From: Octopus sinensis
Lineage: Eukaryota
Reading direction: 5' to 3'
DNA: 64,000 bases
Assembly (NCBI RefSeq): GCF_006345805.1
Contig: NW_021832232.1
Span: forward strand, 488,229 to 552,228
This document shows, piece after piece, positions 48,635-64,000 of the stretch; position 1 is the first letter of the stretch; each line of letters begins with the position of its first letter. Below the pieces are notes generated by a model. The model did not search any database. It saw nothing but the letters and a program-made list of their open reading frames with translations, and was not told the DNA's origin. The translations under genes and the position numbers were made by a program.

Positions 48635-49910
48635 TCACCGATCGTTTAGAAAAACCTAGAATGGAATAATGAATTTCGTTTTCGTTAACAAATGCAAACG
48701 GGAACCTTCTCTGAACAATCTCATACCCCTTTAAACACTCTACTTAATATAAAAAATATACATACTAGTCAAACTTGGGACGTGGACTGACAATTTTAAT
48801 GTTTCATACAAAACATAAATTGGAATATGTCGCGTATTTGCCATATGACAGACAACTGAAGACCCAGCAACTGCCCTGATAGTTCCATCAGCATATACAG
48901 TCTCCGAACCGATTAAAATCGCATCAACCTCAAATTATATATACTCAATTACTTTTTCTATAACTGAAACAAGTGCAGAAAGGTTAACAAAGTATGCAGT
49001 AATTCCATGAGAAGTCAATTTCGACATCAAATTTGAAGCCTGTTTTCTGACAGAGGCACATTCGAGTACATACACGACTAAGGACTCCTGAGACTCAGCC
49101 AAATCGACCAGAGATTTCATAATACTGAGGGAACTATTTTATATTAGCTTTATTTGTTTATAAAAATAAGTATCATAAAATAAATATAAAAATGTAAATA
49201 TAATAAATATTAAAAATAAAATTCAAACTAGCTATATACTGCTACGTGGTGGACAGGAATCAATTTAAGAACTTGATTTGCGAAGATCCCCACAGAGTCA
49301 ATAGCACTAAACACCCTTTTCTTTTTAAAAACTTCTAAAACCTACAAAATTCAATATTATTTAAAAAAACCTCCAGGAAATACTCTATTGAGGACCCCGT
49401 AGTGATACAAGTCTTTAAATAGTTAATAAAACTCTCTGCATTAGTGGGAAACACAATTTGTTGAGTAGATTTTGTGATAAATTTGTCGAGGACTTGAACA
49501 GGACTCATTAAAGAGTTGGGAGATTCGAGCAACTAAAGAATCAGGTCATTCTCAACCAAAAAAACCGAAATCAGTGAATCAACGACGAGCACCACAAAAG
49601 AAGTTGAGTCAAATAAATTCCCGCCACTCCACAAAGTCGAAATCCGATAAATTTCCGAATCAATATAATCAATTTCTTCACATTTGGGAGATCTGTAGTT
49701 ATAAAGTGTCAATATATATTACATATTTGTGGATGGCGGCTTATGGGAGTTGTAAGATTCGGCTTGAGAAGGTTTTTTGTCGTTTTTTTGGTTTTTTGAA
49801 AGTTTGGCTGCTCTTTGTGCTTCCTGGTATTAATTGTGGTTGTTTATTACTTGTTTCTCTCTTCTTTGAGCCTTTATTTCGGCTCTTGTCTTTGTCGTGT
49901 TTGAATCCAT
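48635..49910 (-). CDS. EIF2B4: eIF2B delta subunit (IF-2B family)
   Basis: Basic N-terminus KTRAEIKAQRRE resembles RSKAELRAERR. C-domain LVVYVLECAS..LTSHGITAYFVNLSALVSVIEK|VDAILIGSETVYADGTIRAVAGSSVVCHMANTRHIPIYVLYETLKL. The 3' end is approximate. Confidence 0.75.
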
Positions 49911-50033
49911 ACTATAAAATATCACAACTAGAAAAAAACATGGATTTATTATAAATTTTTAAAGTTAATTAATTATTGACTAACATTAAAAATTATTATT
50001 AAATTAAATTTTTAATCCTTGTGGTTTTTTCAA
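49911..50033. promoter_or_regulatory. Putative bidirectional promoter region (123 bp between the EIF2B4 and PPIL2 ATGs)
   Basis: Head-to-head start codons at 49910 (-) and 50034 (+); inferred from geometry only. Confidence 0.5.
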
Positions 50034-51898
50034 ATGGGAAAGAAACAACATCAGCAGGATAAATTGTATTATTCTTTTTATTAAAACAACTTTAAAGATA
50101 CATTACTAACTCAGAATGGACTTCCTATTTTGGTGGAAAGAAGAAAGCAGAACGAACAGGGAGAACATTTAGGAGACTACCTTTTCACTATTGCAGTCTA
50201 TCTCTAAAACCTTTTAACTATCCTTGCTGTACTCGTTCTGGAATAGTCTTCGATCTAATGTATGTTTTTTGATGTTTTTTTATTCTAGGATTGTCATGGG
50301 GTTTCTCAAGGATCACAAAGTGAATCCCGTGACAGGCGAGGTTATCCCAAAAGCAAATTATTCGTAGAATCTACAAGCTAGTGATCTTATAAAACTCAAA
50401 TTCCACAAAAATAGTGAAGGAGAAATGCATTGCCCAATTTTATTCAAAGTGTTTAATGATTTCTCCCACATTGTGGCAATTCGGACATCAGGGAATGTCT
50501 ACTGTTACGAGGCAGTGGAAAAGCTTAATATTCGAGAAGGAAATTACTTTGATTTGCTCACGGGGGAGGCATTTTCTAGAAGTGATGTCATTCATATTCA
50601 GGACCCTACCAATCTTGATAAACATAATTTCACAAATTTTCATCACATTCGTAATAATCTGACAGATTATGCTGCTTCGAGTCAGTTTTATTGGAATTGA
50701 CTTGTTTAGTCGACCCTTCGTTTGTGAAGGCGGAGGATCAGACGAATCTTCGAAGAATGAACAGCATCACTCAGTCTGTGCTTGAAGAACTCGAAAAAAA
50801 TGATAAAAATTTAAAAGATGAACAAAAAGCGACAGTCGAATGTCGAAAAGCTGATTCCCTCAACTCCACAAACTACACAACCGGGAAAATGGCAGCCTCA
50901 TTTACCTCAACTGCCGTGGATATAAAAACAACGCAGGAAATAGGCATAACTTATTATAAAACGACCAGTCTTGATCGACGAGCAAGAGTTATTGTACAAA
51001 ACCTTAAAGCCAGGGGCAAAGGGATATGTTCGTCTGTCCACCAACTTTGGAGATTTGAATTTTGAACTTTATTGTGATTTGGTTGTGATGTTTCCTGTAC
51101 TGCTAGTTCCCACAAGCCTGTCAGAATTTCATTTTGTTGTGTCAACGTAAATACTACGACGGGTCTCTGTTTCATCGACTTGTCAGGAATTTTATGGTGG
51201 TTTTTGAGTGATGATTAGAGTAGATTCAAGGAGGGGATCCGAATGGAGATGGAGGGAGGTCAGCTTTTGGAAAGCCCTTTCGCGACGAGTTTAGAAGTCT
51301 GGTTAGACATGACAGTCGAGGAATGCTTTCCATGGCCAATGCTGAGCGGGATAGCAATCAATCTCAATTGTAAGTTATTTAAAGCATTTTTAGTTTTATT
51401 ACTTTTAAAAGTTTGGAATATCTTGATGGGAAACATACAGTTTTTGGGAGGTTATTTGAGTTTGTTTTATTTTAGGTTGGTTGGAGGCGCCAGTGTCCTC
51501 GATCGACTTGAGATGGTTAAGGTTGATAAGGATTCCTGTCCATTGGTTAATTCACATTTTAATATTAATGACAGGAGCCAGTGAGAATTGAGAAATGCTC
51601 TGTTTTTGTCGACCCGTTTTCAGTAGCTGAAGAAGAGGCTGATAAATTGTGATTTTATTTGTTAGATTAAAAAGAAGAGAGAAGAGATCGACAAGACCAG
51701 TGCAAAGGTGGCCAATCAAGTTGTCCAGAAAGTGGAGAATAATACTATTGGGAAATATCTTTTAGCAAGGTTCTGCTAATTTATCACGTTAAAAGGTCAT
51801 GTAATAAGAAAAAACAACCTGTCTTGGGTGCCCAAGTTCCTTCTCCTAAGCGTAAACCAACAAATGATTTTAGTAATCTTTCTTTTTCAACATGGTGA
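50034..51898 (+). CDS. PPIL2: U-box cyclophilin PPIL2/Cyp60
   Basis: [10 protein letters not shown]|[54 protein letters not shown]; cyclophilin FHRLVRNFM|[21 protein letters not shown]. Confidence 0.95.
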
Positions 51899-51944
51899 CA
51901 TGTTTTACTGGAATTTTTGGATTTTTAACAATTCTAGAAATAGT

Positions 51945-53060
51945 TTAGTGTTACAATGAAAATAAAAAAGTCCGGGAGGAAAGACGAGCTCGAGCATTGC
52001 CAGAAAACGGATAGATTCCGGCCAAACGGATACCTTGCCGCGCATCATTGTAACCGAAATCCTTTATCTCAGCCAAGAGGATTCGCTTGCTTCCATGTTT
52101 CTCCAAGCGATAAGGAGGCCGACACCCTTCAAGAACTTGGATGTTTGCGGGCCGAAGGCTCCGGAGGTCTCGAATGCCAAGGGACAAAGAAATGTTGGGC
52201 GGAGAGTTATCTGTACTTATCGGCGTGATTTTTCCGTGATCCACGGTCGATTCAGGAGATGATGCTGATGAGAGTACCGCCGATGGGGACCAAGTGTCTG
52301 TGCACGTAGCATTCCAGATCAGGAATTTGCCATTTCGGAATGGGAAGGTTGTCATCCCATCAAGACCCTTGCCTTCCCTCCTATCCAGACCGACTGGTTC
52401 AAGTAAATTCGGGAAACCGGCAGGATTGAGTGCTCTTAAGATGACATCGTTGAATAACGAGGCAAGCGGCCTGAGCTCCGGCGGTACAAGAGGGGGCGTA
52501 GATCTTTCTCATCCACCATACCACCGCATCGACTCCAATGGGGCGTGCAGATGTCAAGACCCAACCGGGGAAGGCCTCGAGCCAGGATCCACTGTATTTG
52601 TGTGGTGCGGAAACCAAGCACGCCAGGCGGTGTTGGTTCAGTAATGGCTGTAGCATGGTAACGGAGTGTTTTGGCCAGATCTCGTCTGCACACCTGAGAG
52701 GGGGTTGGCTGTTTTTACACATCAGAGAGAGTTCGTGGAATGGGGAATGGGAGTAGAACCTCTCGGACAAGCTGACGGCTTCTGGAAACTGGAAAAAAGT
52801 GAGCATGCGGCGCTAAGTCTTTGAGCGATCGAAGGCCGATCCTTCCAAACCTGACGGGAAGTTTTCCTTGGGTCTAACCGATATCGTCAAAGGCGATGTT
52901 CAGAACTGCTTCTGTGGATGATTTCAGGGAGGTATCCATAGGTAGTAGCATGTCAAGATAGGAATAGCATGACAGGCGATGTGCGAGTCCATTGTCAGAA
53001 GGTTGTTTGTGAGGTCACGGAATTTAAAGTCCTTCTTCGCCAGGTGGGCCCTTAGGCCAG
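51945..53060 (-). mobile_element. 5'-truncated CRE-family copy (thumb, zinc knuckle, REL)
   Basis: HRLACLVSAPHKYSGSWLEA.., [21 protein letters not shown], frameshifted. Confidence 0.85.
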
Positions 53061-53427
53061 GTGGACTGTGAGTACAGCCGAGGAATGTGACTTCGTACAT
53101 GTTGGTAGTCTGAATTCCGGGGATGAGATCGATTTAGTGTTTGTAAAATCAGTTTTGTTACTCGTTTCGAAGGCTTTTTCCAAATTTTTTCATGAGACTG
53201 ATTTTTTTCAGTATTTTTTAGTCAAAAGACTTGTTACAAATTATTTTGGATTAAAAAAGTAGTGAAAAATAGTATTGAATAAAATTTTTCATATCAAAAT
53301 GAATTTTTAATTTTTTAATCATGTTTTTAATAAAAAGTCGGAATTAAACTATTTAAAATTGATTGCTGTATTAGTTTATTTTTATAAATAAATTAATTTA
53401 TAAGTATTACTGCCGTTGTGTGTCGCA

Positions 53428-57352
<3,925 letters not shown>

Positions 57353-57419
57353 TATCCTTCCTATATGGGTTTTTTAATTTAAATTTCCGCATTCTGTTTC
57401 GTGGTTTCGAATAGGGTTA

Positions 57420-59150
57420 GGCGTCTTACAAATTTCCACTGGTCCTGCAATAAGTACGCTTCTCTCCCGAAATCTGTGGATTCTAACGCTCCTCTTCCTC
57501 TGTTTAGCTACGTGGTCGGCTTACGAATTACGGCAGTTGACTATTACTCCAAGGTGGTGTAGATTCAAACTCTTGGAGAGGTCCATATCATAACCATTCA
57601 TAGCATAGGAACATGTAGCTGCATAACGTGTTCTTCTTCGCATCCATGAAATGGTGCTCTTCTCGGGTGCTATGGGTAAGCCCTTCTCAGCTGTCTACTT
57701 CTTTAACTCGCAATGTACGACTTTAGTCGTCTCCAAAACTGTGATATCCTTTTCGAGGTATCCATAACCAGGATATCATCAGGGTGAATGACAAGCTTGC
57801 CATTACGTACAGACGTCCGACAAGACGAGGTTGAAAAAAAGTGGACTCAAGACAGATCCCTGCGGAACGCCTCTTCTAAGTTCCACACATCCCGATAGGC
57901 GGTTCCCACAGCGAACAAAAGATTTCCTTCCACACAAGAAGTTTTCTAGCCATCGATAGGTCTTTATTCCGGCTCCAGTGTCATGGGCTCTCGCAAGTAG
58001 GCCCAAGTGCCATACGCTATCAAGAGCTTTTGTAAGGTCAAGACACACCGCAGTTACCCAGGCTTTGTTTCTGTAGGCACTAATTCCATGAAACAGTCCC
58101 CTGTAGATTTTCCTTCACGGAATCCCCGTTGAACGGACGAAAGCAGATTTTGTGATTCTACATAACAAGAAAGTCTGTTAAAGACAATTGGAAAATGTCC
58201 AGATGGCGTCAAACATCATAGTCAGTGCTTGCATCAGAAGTTCAGGCGCCTCCTTCAACAATATCTGAGGAATGTAGTCGAAACCAGGTGATTTGTTCTT
58301 CAACCCGGCTATTGCCTTTTCAACCTCTTCTTGTGTTATCATTTCATATAATGGTCCTTCTAACAACTGTGAAGAGTTGAGTTTCTTCACAATCCTGTCA
58401 TATGTCCGTTGTGAAACGGCGGCATCGATCTCTTGTACCTGACTGAATTGGTCCCTGAGTGCATCCGGGACGAGATCAAAGCGGATTTATTTACCATCTG
58501 GTTCTTTTAGCGAGATTTCAAATCCCTTGGCATCATTTTTACTAACATGTTGGTATATTTTCCAGAAATTAGGATTTCGTTTGTCAAGTTTTTAGCATTC
58601 TGACCTCCATTTACTTTTGACCTGAGCCTTGGCCATTTTTGCAATAATATTTTTGATTTTTTCAATCTCAATTTTCAGGCGGTATCTAATAGACTCGACA
58701 TGACATCTTCTTTTGCGGTTTTTCAAAGTATCTTTTGATTTGAGCAAATTAACAAGTTTCGGATTCAAGTGTTGATTCGGTGTTCCTTTAGGTCTCCAAA
58801 TAATTTTTCCAGCGTAAGTGTCCAAATATTTAATGATTGACGATCTTAGGTGATTGTCAACATCCTCTTTGCTTCTCGAGCATAGAAAGAGACCCAAACG
58901 ATCATCCCGGCCTCTGTCAGCATAGTGATTCAGTTCTTTCGAAGTAAAGACAGAAAAGCCCAGATTACTGGCTAAGTCTTCAAGGAAAGCTCCATCCATG
59001 TTTGTTGTTTCACATCCATAACTCATATTTTTCGCGTTAAGATCTCCGGCTATGATTGCCAAAGAATTTTCTTCAAAGAAAGTCCCAATGACATTTGAAT
59101 AACGCCTTAGAGACTTTGAGTACATTCCAATGGTCATTAATTCCAATTAT
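57420..59150 (-). mobile_element. Degenerate LINE (APE + RT; Jockey/I/L2-like)
   Basis: IIAGDLNAK (APE), KSPGFDYI, CLDLTKALDSVWH, GVPQGSVLSPLFFNL. Confidence 0.85.
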
Positions 59151-59305
59151 AAAATAAATGACAAATTGGTTTAGAATTATTTGGATCAAATTTATTTGAA
59201 ATATTATCTAATCATTATACTACAGACATGTTTCCTAAAAAACCATCAAACATATTTCCTAAAATTACAAAAACAAATATTCAAAATTAGATAATTAAAA
59301 AAATC

Positions 59306-59908
59306 TTATTTTGACTCCTCAACTATAATTGATTCACCAACAATGTTGTGTGGAGGCTTCTAAAATAAGAAAAGCCAAATTGTACTGCATCATAGAGAGG
59401 AGTAGTCCTTCGGCATCTCATAACACACCAAGTAATTCCGAGAAACAAACAAATACACGACCCACAGGAAATGCATACAAAGAATAAAAGAACCTTAATA
59501 TATATATAAACGACATACTTTTATCCAAGAAGACTTCATTAAGAGCAATTTATCGACGTGTTCTTCACCAATTTTGTTGAGAAGATCAATTCCAGGGTAT
59601 CCAAATGTATCGTAAACTTGTCTCTTTTTTGGATCAATCAAAATTGCTTTTGCGGTGGCGATTTCGACAAACTGGAATAGTAACAAGAGAACTTGCTCTG
59701 TTGTGTGCTTCCTTGTTGTTTCGGTTTTTGTCGGGGTGGAATTTCAAAGCCAGCTTATCGTAAAAAATAATCAAAACCAGTTTGTAGGCTTTTGATATTT
59801 CCTCGGTTGTAGCTGTCTTATCTAATCCCAAAAATGAATAAAGTGATTTTTCTTCTTTCTCATTTCTGTAGAAATAAATATAAAATGTTACTCTATGTTT
59901 TTTGACAT
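59306..59908 (-). CDS. DNAJC5: DnaJ C5 / cysteine string protein-like
   Basis: SLYSFLGLDKTATTEEISKAYKL|LALKFHPDKN..FVEIATAKAILIDPKKRQVYDTFG..IGEEHV..SSWIK|VLLFFVC matches the CSP J-domain and linker (FGEENV..SSWWAKALFVFC). Confidence 0.8.
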
Positions 59909-60059
59909 TAACAAAAATAGGAAAACTTATGTTCAAATCTGTTTTTTTAATACCACAAAAATCATATTTATTATTTAAATATAATAAAATTTTATTGTTT
60001 AAATTTTAGTTTTTAAATACTAATTATGTTTTTTTTGATCTGAAAAGTTTAAAAACCAT

Positions 60060-60850
60060 TTATCAATATATAAAAAATTCAATTTAAGACAGTAACTTGA
60101 TCTTATAAACCAATCCATGTTTTGGGTTATCCCAACATACTCTCAATCCCTCTTCCAGTCCGTCAAGCTGAGACCTCTTCCGGTAAAAAGAAATACCTCA
60201 AAAAATTTCTTGATCAACCTTTAAGAGCTCATTTTTGATAACCTACAGCTTTTTTACGCTTTTAGAATTTCCTGAAGACTAACAGTATCCTACAAGATGT
60301 TGGACAGAAGTTAACTGATTGAAATAGGAAAAAAGTTCATAAAAACTTGGAATTTTTTAAAAAGTGTCAATTTAGACAATTAGTTGATCAATATCTGAAA
60401 TAATATCCAAGATGTTGCCAAAATATTCATAACATTTGTATTGATTGAATATTAATAATGAAAATGGGATGACTTTTTTGGGAAATATAGAAGTTCCTGT
60501 TTTAATTCGTCAACATTTTTTAAATTCATTTTACGGAGTTCCGTTTTCATATAAGCTCATCATAAATGCTCAATTGGATTAAGACCAGGCACTGGGATGG
60601 GCATTCTAGTATTTTTATATTTTTTATCAAAATAATTCATGTTTAATTTTGCTCTACGATATAATAAGGAATCTTGTATTGAGCCTGTTTTCTTGTATCG
60701 TTGGATAAAATTGGACAATCACTAACATGTTTTGTGTCATGCTTTTAATTCTTTAAAATGACTGTACTTAATCAGAACTAATCTACTAAGTTTTTCAAAA
60801 TTATTATATTTATCAAATCATTCAAAGAAAAGCAAAATATGATTTTGAAT
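60060..60850 (-). mobile_element. Heavily decayed Tc1 fragments
   Basis: PGLNPIEHL** and LEEGLRVCWDN remnants. Confidence 0.5.
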
Positions 60851-60879
60851 CATTTTTGATTGTCTGTGACCATTTGATA

Positions 60880-62060
60880 CTCGCGATTTTTCTCAATTGC
60901 TTTCTATAAAAAGCGTTTAGCCTGTCAAGGTGTTCCCTATGTTTCCGACTTGTATAATAGGATTAGTTTTACGAACGAATTATAGAAGTGTGTCCAAAGA
61001 TTTAGAGAGATTAGTATTCTGCGTGTCGAAATAATTTACAGCTTTTTTGGTGCACACGACGCCAACAATTTTCTGCGGGCACGTCTTCAGCATCACCCAA
61101 AAGCGATCCGAGCCTTTTGGTAAATCTCAACTTTCATCATGCCGTGTCAACAGCTGCTGAATCGAAGTCAGTTTTTTCGGGATTGATCTTCAGGGACTAC
61201 TTCTTTAAAACTGTTGTAGCCTTGTCTAGTACAGCTTTTAGAATCTCCACATCCTCAGATACATAATTGATGTCGTCAGCGTATATTAGTTTCACAAAAT
61301 AATTATTTAAGTGATGCAATTCATTTCTAACATCCCTTAACGCAGCTTCCAAATAGATTATAAAGAGAACTGGTGAAAGAGAGTCCCCTTCCAGAAGTAC
61401 CAATCCCGGTGGTAAATTTATCCGAATAGTCTCTTCCCATTTTCACTACGAGACTCGTATTAGCCAGCAGAAAACGCACAATCATCAAAAGTCTTTATCA
61501 ACAATATTTTCGAGAACCCGCAATAGTTTATCTCGACAGATACCGTCGAACGCTTTTGATAGGTCAACTCCCAAATGTGCATTGTTTTCCTGTACTTTCG
61601 GCATATAGCCGTAAGCCACTGATGACTATGTCAGCTTCACGGTCTGAATCCGCTTTGACTTGGATAACTGATTTTGATCTATGATTCAAAGTTATAATCG
61701 ATAGGTTTTTCGCAACGTGGTCAAAAGCACGATTGACCGGAAGTTTTCAATTGGACAATGAGTCCTGAATATCTCATTGAATATAAAGGTTTTTTTTTGC
61801 AAGCTTGGTCAGTGCCTATTTCAACAACTTTCCGCAAATATTATCACAACTCGATGCCCTGTTGTTATTCAGTCAAAGCATTGCTGAGCGAATCTCGTTC
61901 TCTGTAAACATATTTTTCAGTAAACGAGGCTGTCCCTCGAATTGTGAAAGCAATGAAGTATCCTCCCAATTGACCTGATTGCTAAAGTGTCGGGCTATGA
62001 GTTCAACAGAGCGTCTGGCGTCCAATACAAAATGACCAAACTCATCTTGAATTTAGACAC
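60880..62060 (-). mobile_element. RTE-like LINE RT relic
   Basis: VDLSKAFD, GDSLSPVLFIIYLEAALR, YADD, LKINPEKT. Confidence 0.8.
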
Positions 62061-62247
62061 TTACGTGCTTATGCCAATGCAGAAATGCTATTAACTAACT
62101 TAACTAACTAATCATTTTTTTGTTGAGAAATGTAGTCTGTTACGTGATGCAATGCTGACATAGTTTTCGCATATTTTTATTATAATAAAAAAATCTTTTC
62201 TCTATTTTTAAGTTAAAATAAATCAAATCATTATTGAAATTTTGTTG

Positions 62248-63102
62248 ATGTGCGCTAATTCTTCTGATGTATTTAAAAAGAAAATTAACTTTTATTTGAT
62301 CAAAATTAAATTTTTTCCTCAGCGAAGTGACTACGACTGCGGTTTATCTTGTGTATCAATGGTCTTACAGTATTTTTCGAAATTATATAAATAGACATTA
62401 TAACAAGCCTTTGATCTATTTAGAAGACTATTATAAAACATATAAAAAAAGGTTCATTTAACTGAAAACATTTTTCGTGCATTAGGCCTATTTGGACAAT
62501 AGAACTTGCATATTTACTTAAAAAAGGCGAAATTGACGTCACTTTTTATACTTTATGTCCTTTTGTAAATATGTCACATAAAAAAAACGTTAATTTATTT
62601 AATATTTTTATATCTTGAAGAAATATTATGTTGATACTATATACGAAGATGAAAGTTATATTTCTTCATGTTTTGAGAAAGCACTTGCTATGGGTATTTC
62701 TATTTTCGTAAAGTGATTATTAAATTATTTAATTAATAGACATTTAAAAATTACTGATATTCTCGAAAATTTGTCTTGTGATAAAATTTTGATTATTCTT
62801 GTCAACAAAATTTCACTTAAATATGGAAATATGGTGAATAAATGTCATTTTATTTAGTTTAGAATATTTATAGCTGTAATGAAGAATATATCGGTATGTT
62901 TGAATTTGTGTATTTTAAAGGCCATTTTATTATTGTTTGTGGATTTGATATTAATGCTGAGATCTTATTTTGTTTGGACCCTTCTGATGGTATTATATAA
63001 TTTAGATTGTTTATAGGATTCATTTCTATTCCATTTGCGGTTTTTAATGCCGCTCGACAGCACACTTCTACAGATGAAGATATTTTAATTTTGAACGTCT
63101 AA
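62248..63102 (+). CDS. GUCD1: GUCD1 (C39-peptidase-like fold)
   Basis: QRSDYDCGLSCVSMVL, IWTIELAYLL, GHFIIVCGFD and AARQHTSTDEDILIL* match the GUCD1 motifs IWTIDLAYL, GHFIVL, TDEDILF. Confidence 0.85.
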
Positions 63103-63337
63103 TTTTTTTTGTGATTCCAAAAGCCCCTTTTTAACTTTAGACCAGAATAAATCTCATTATTTTTACTATTTGTAAAAAAGGACACAAGAAACATTTATTT
63201 TGTGCTTTTTTCCCTCATGTATGCTAACCAACAAAAAATCAGCAAATCAAGCTAAATTCAGTTTTTACACCCAAAAATGAGTTTGGTAAAATATAGGATA
63301 CGAAAAAGACAGTATAATTATTAAAAATTAAAACCAA

Positions 63338-63601
63338 TCATTTTCCCCTCACACGTGCAGCAAGCATCATATCTGAGACGTATAGTGTGACTCGTTTGGC
63401 ATGTCTTGCACACATATAGGCGTCCTCGAAGATGGAAATGAGATATGACTCGGTGGCTTCCTGTAAGCACAGGATAGCGGTAGATTGAAATCGTATTGCA
63501 CTATGTGAATGGAAACTCAGTGCGGCATCTCGAACGACACGAGAAAAGGGTAATTTTCGGAGTAGGAAAGAAGTTTTGTCGTCTATTTTTTTTCTTGGCA
63601 T
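63338..63601 (-). CDS. CENPA: Centromeric H3 variant (CenH3/CENP-A-like), apparently lacking the N-terminal tail
   Basis: LLRKLPFSRVVRD..RFQSTAILCLQEATESYLISIFEDAYMCARHAKRVTL..RVRG. Q68 is S, T107 is A, and loop 1 is 2 aa longer than canonical H3; F84 is retained. Confidence 0.7.
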   Translation of the reverse strand: MPRKKIDDKTSFLLRKLPFSRVVRDAALSFHSHSAIRFQSTAILCLQEATESYLISIFEDAYMCARHAKRVTLYVSDMMLAARVRGK

Positions 63602-63709
63602 TCTGATTAAATAAAATATTAAAGATACAACAACAACAATTTGAAGTAGCGCCTAATAAAAATATTAATTTAAAATAACAATAAAATATTAAATTAATTA
63701 AAATATCAT

Positions 63710-64000
63710 TCCGATAAGATTGTTTACGACACTACCCAATGGGCCCATCCCTACGCTCTAAAGTCTACAACGCTTTCGTCAAACCTGTACTACTCTACAA
63801 CTCCTCAACATGGGGCATTTTTGATTCAGATTAAAGAACCTCGACTCTTTCCACAGAAACCAGCTTCGTTCCCTGAACTGGCTACACTGGCCGAAGAAAA
63901 TAAGCAACTTGACTATTTACAAGATCAGCAACTCGGGGCCAATTACCCGGAACATCGTCAATGGACGTTGGAGGCTATTTGGACACATCTTAAGGATGGA
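63710..64000 (+). mobile_element. RTE-like LINE C-terminal relic running off the window
   Basis: LKVYNAFVKPVLLYNSSTW..RWRLFGHILR-like text. Confidence 0.75.

Overview
This is AT-rich eukaryotic (animal-type) genomic DNA, not prokaryotic. The many short ORFs are exons separated by ultra-short GT-AG introns (about 24-35 nt, a few probably GC-AG). That pattern points to a genome-compacted parasite such as a myxozoan or dicyemid/orthonectid, but the taxon cannot be fixed from this window. Manually spliced host genes: SBNO (strawberry notch, 5' end outside the window), GOLGA7, PSMD8/Rpn12, E2F4/5-like, a tetraspanin, CNOT3, a secreted EF-hand protein, SARM1 (ARM-SAM-SAM-TIR), EIF2B4, PPIL2, DHX8/Prp22, DNAJC5/CSP-like, GUCD1 and a CenH3-like histone. 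The middle (about 22.8-48.3 kb) is a transposon-rich accessory block. It holds a head-to-tail array of an uncharacterised 8-TM TspO-motif membrane protein: two intact genes, two transposon-disrupted copies and two relics. Mobile elements include a near full-length PHD-finger CRE-clade retrotransposon with about 10 stubs, Tc1, pogo and IS630-like elements, nested Ginger2-type elements with 5-bp TSDs, a Helitron, and LINE relics (one with a 2A-like motif). All family assignments come from motifs I recognised by eye; no searches were run.
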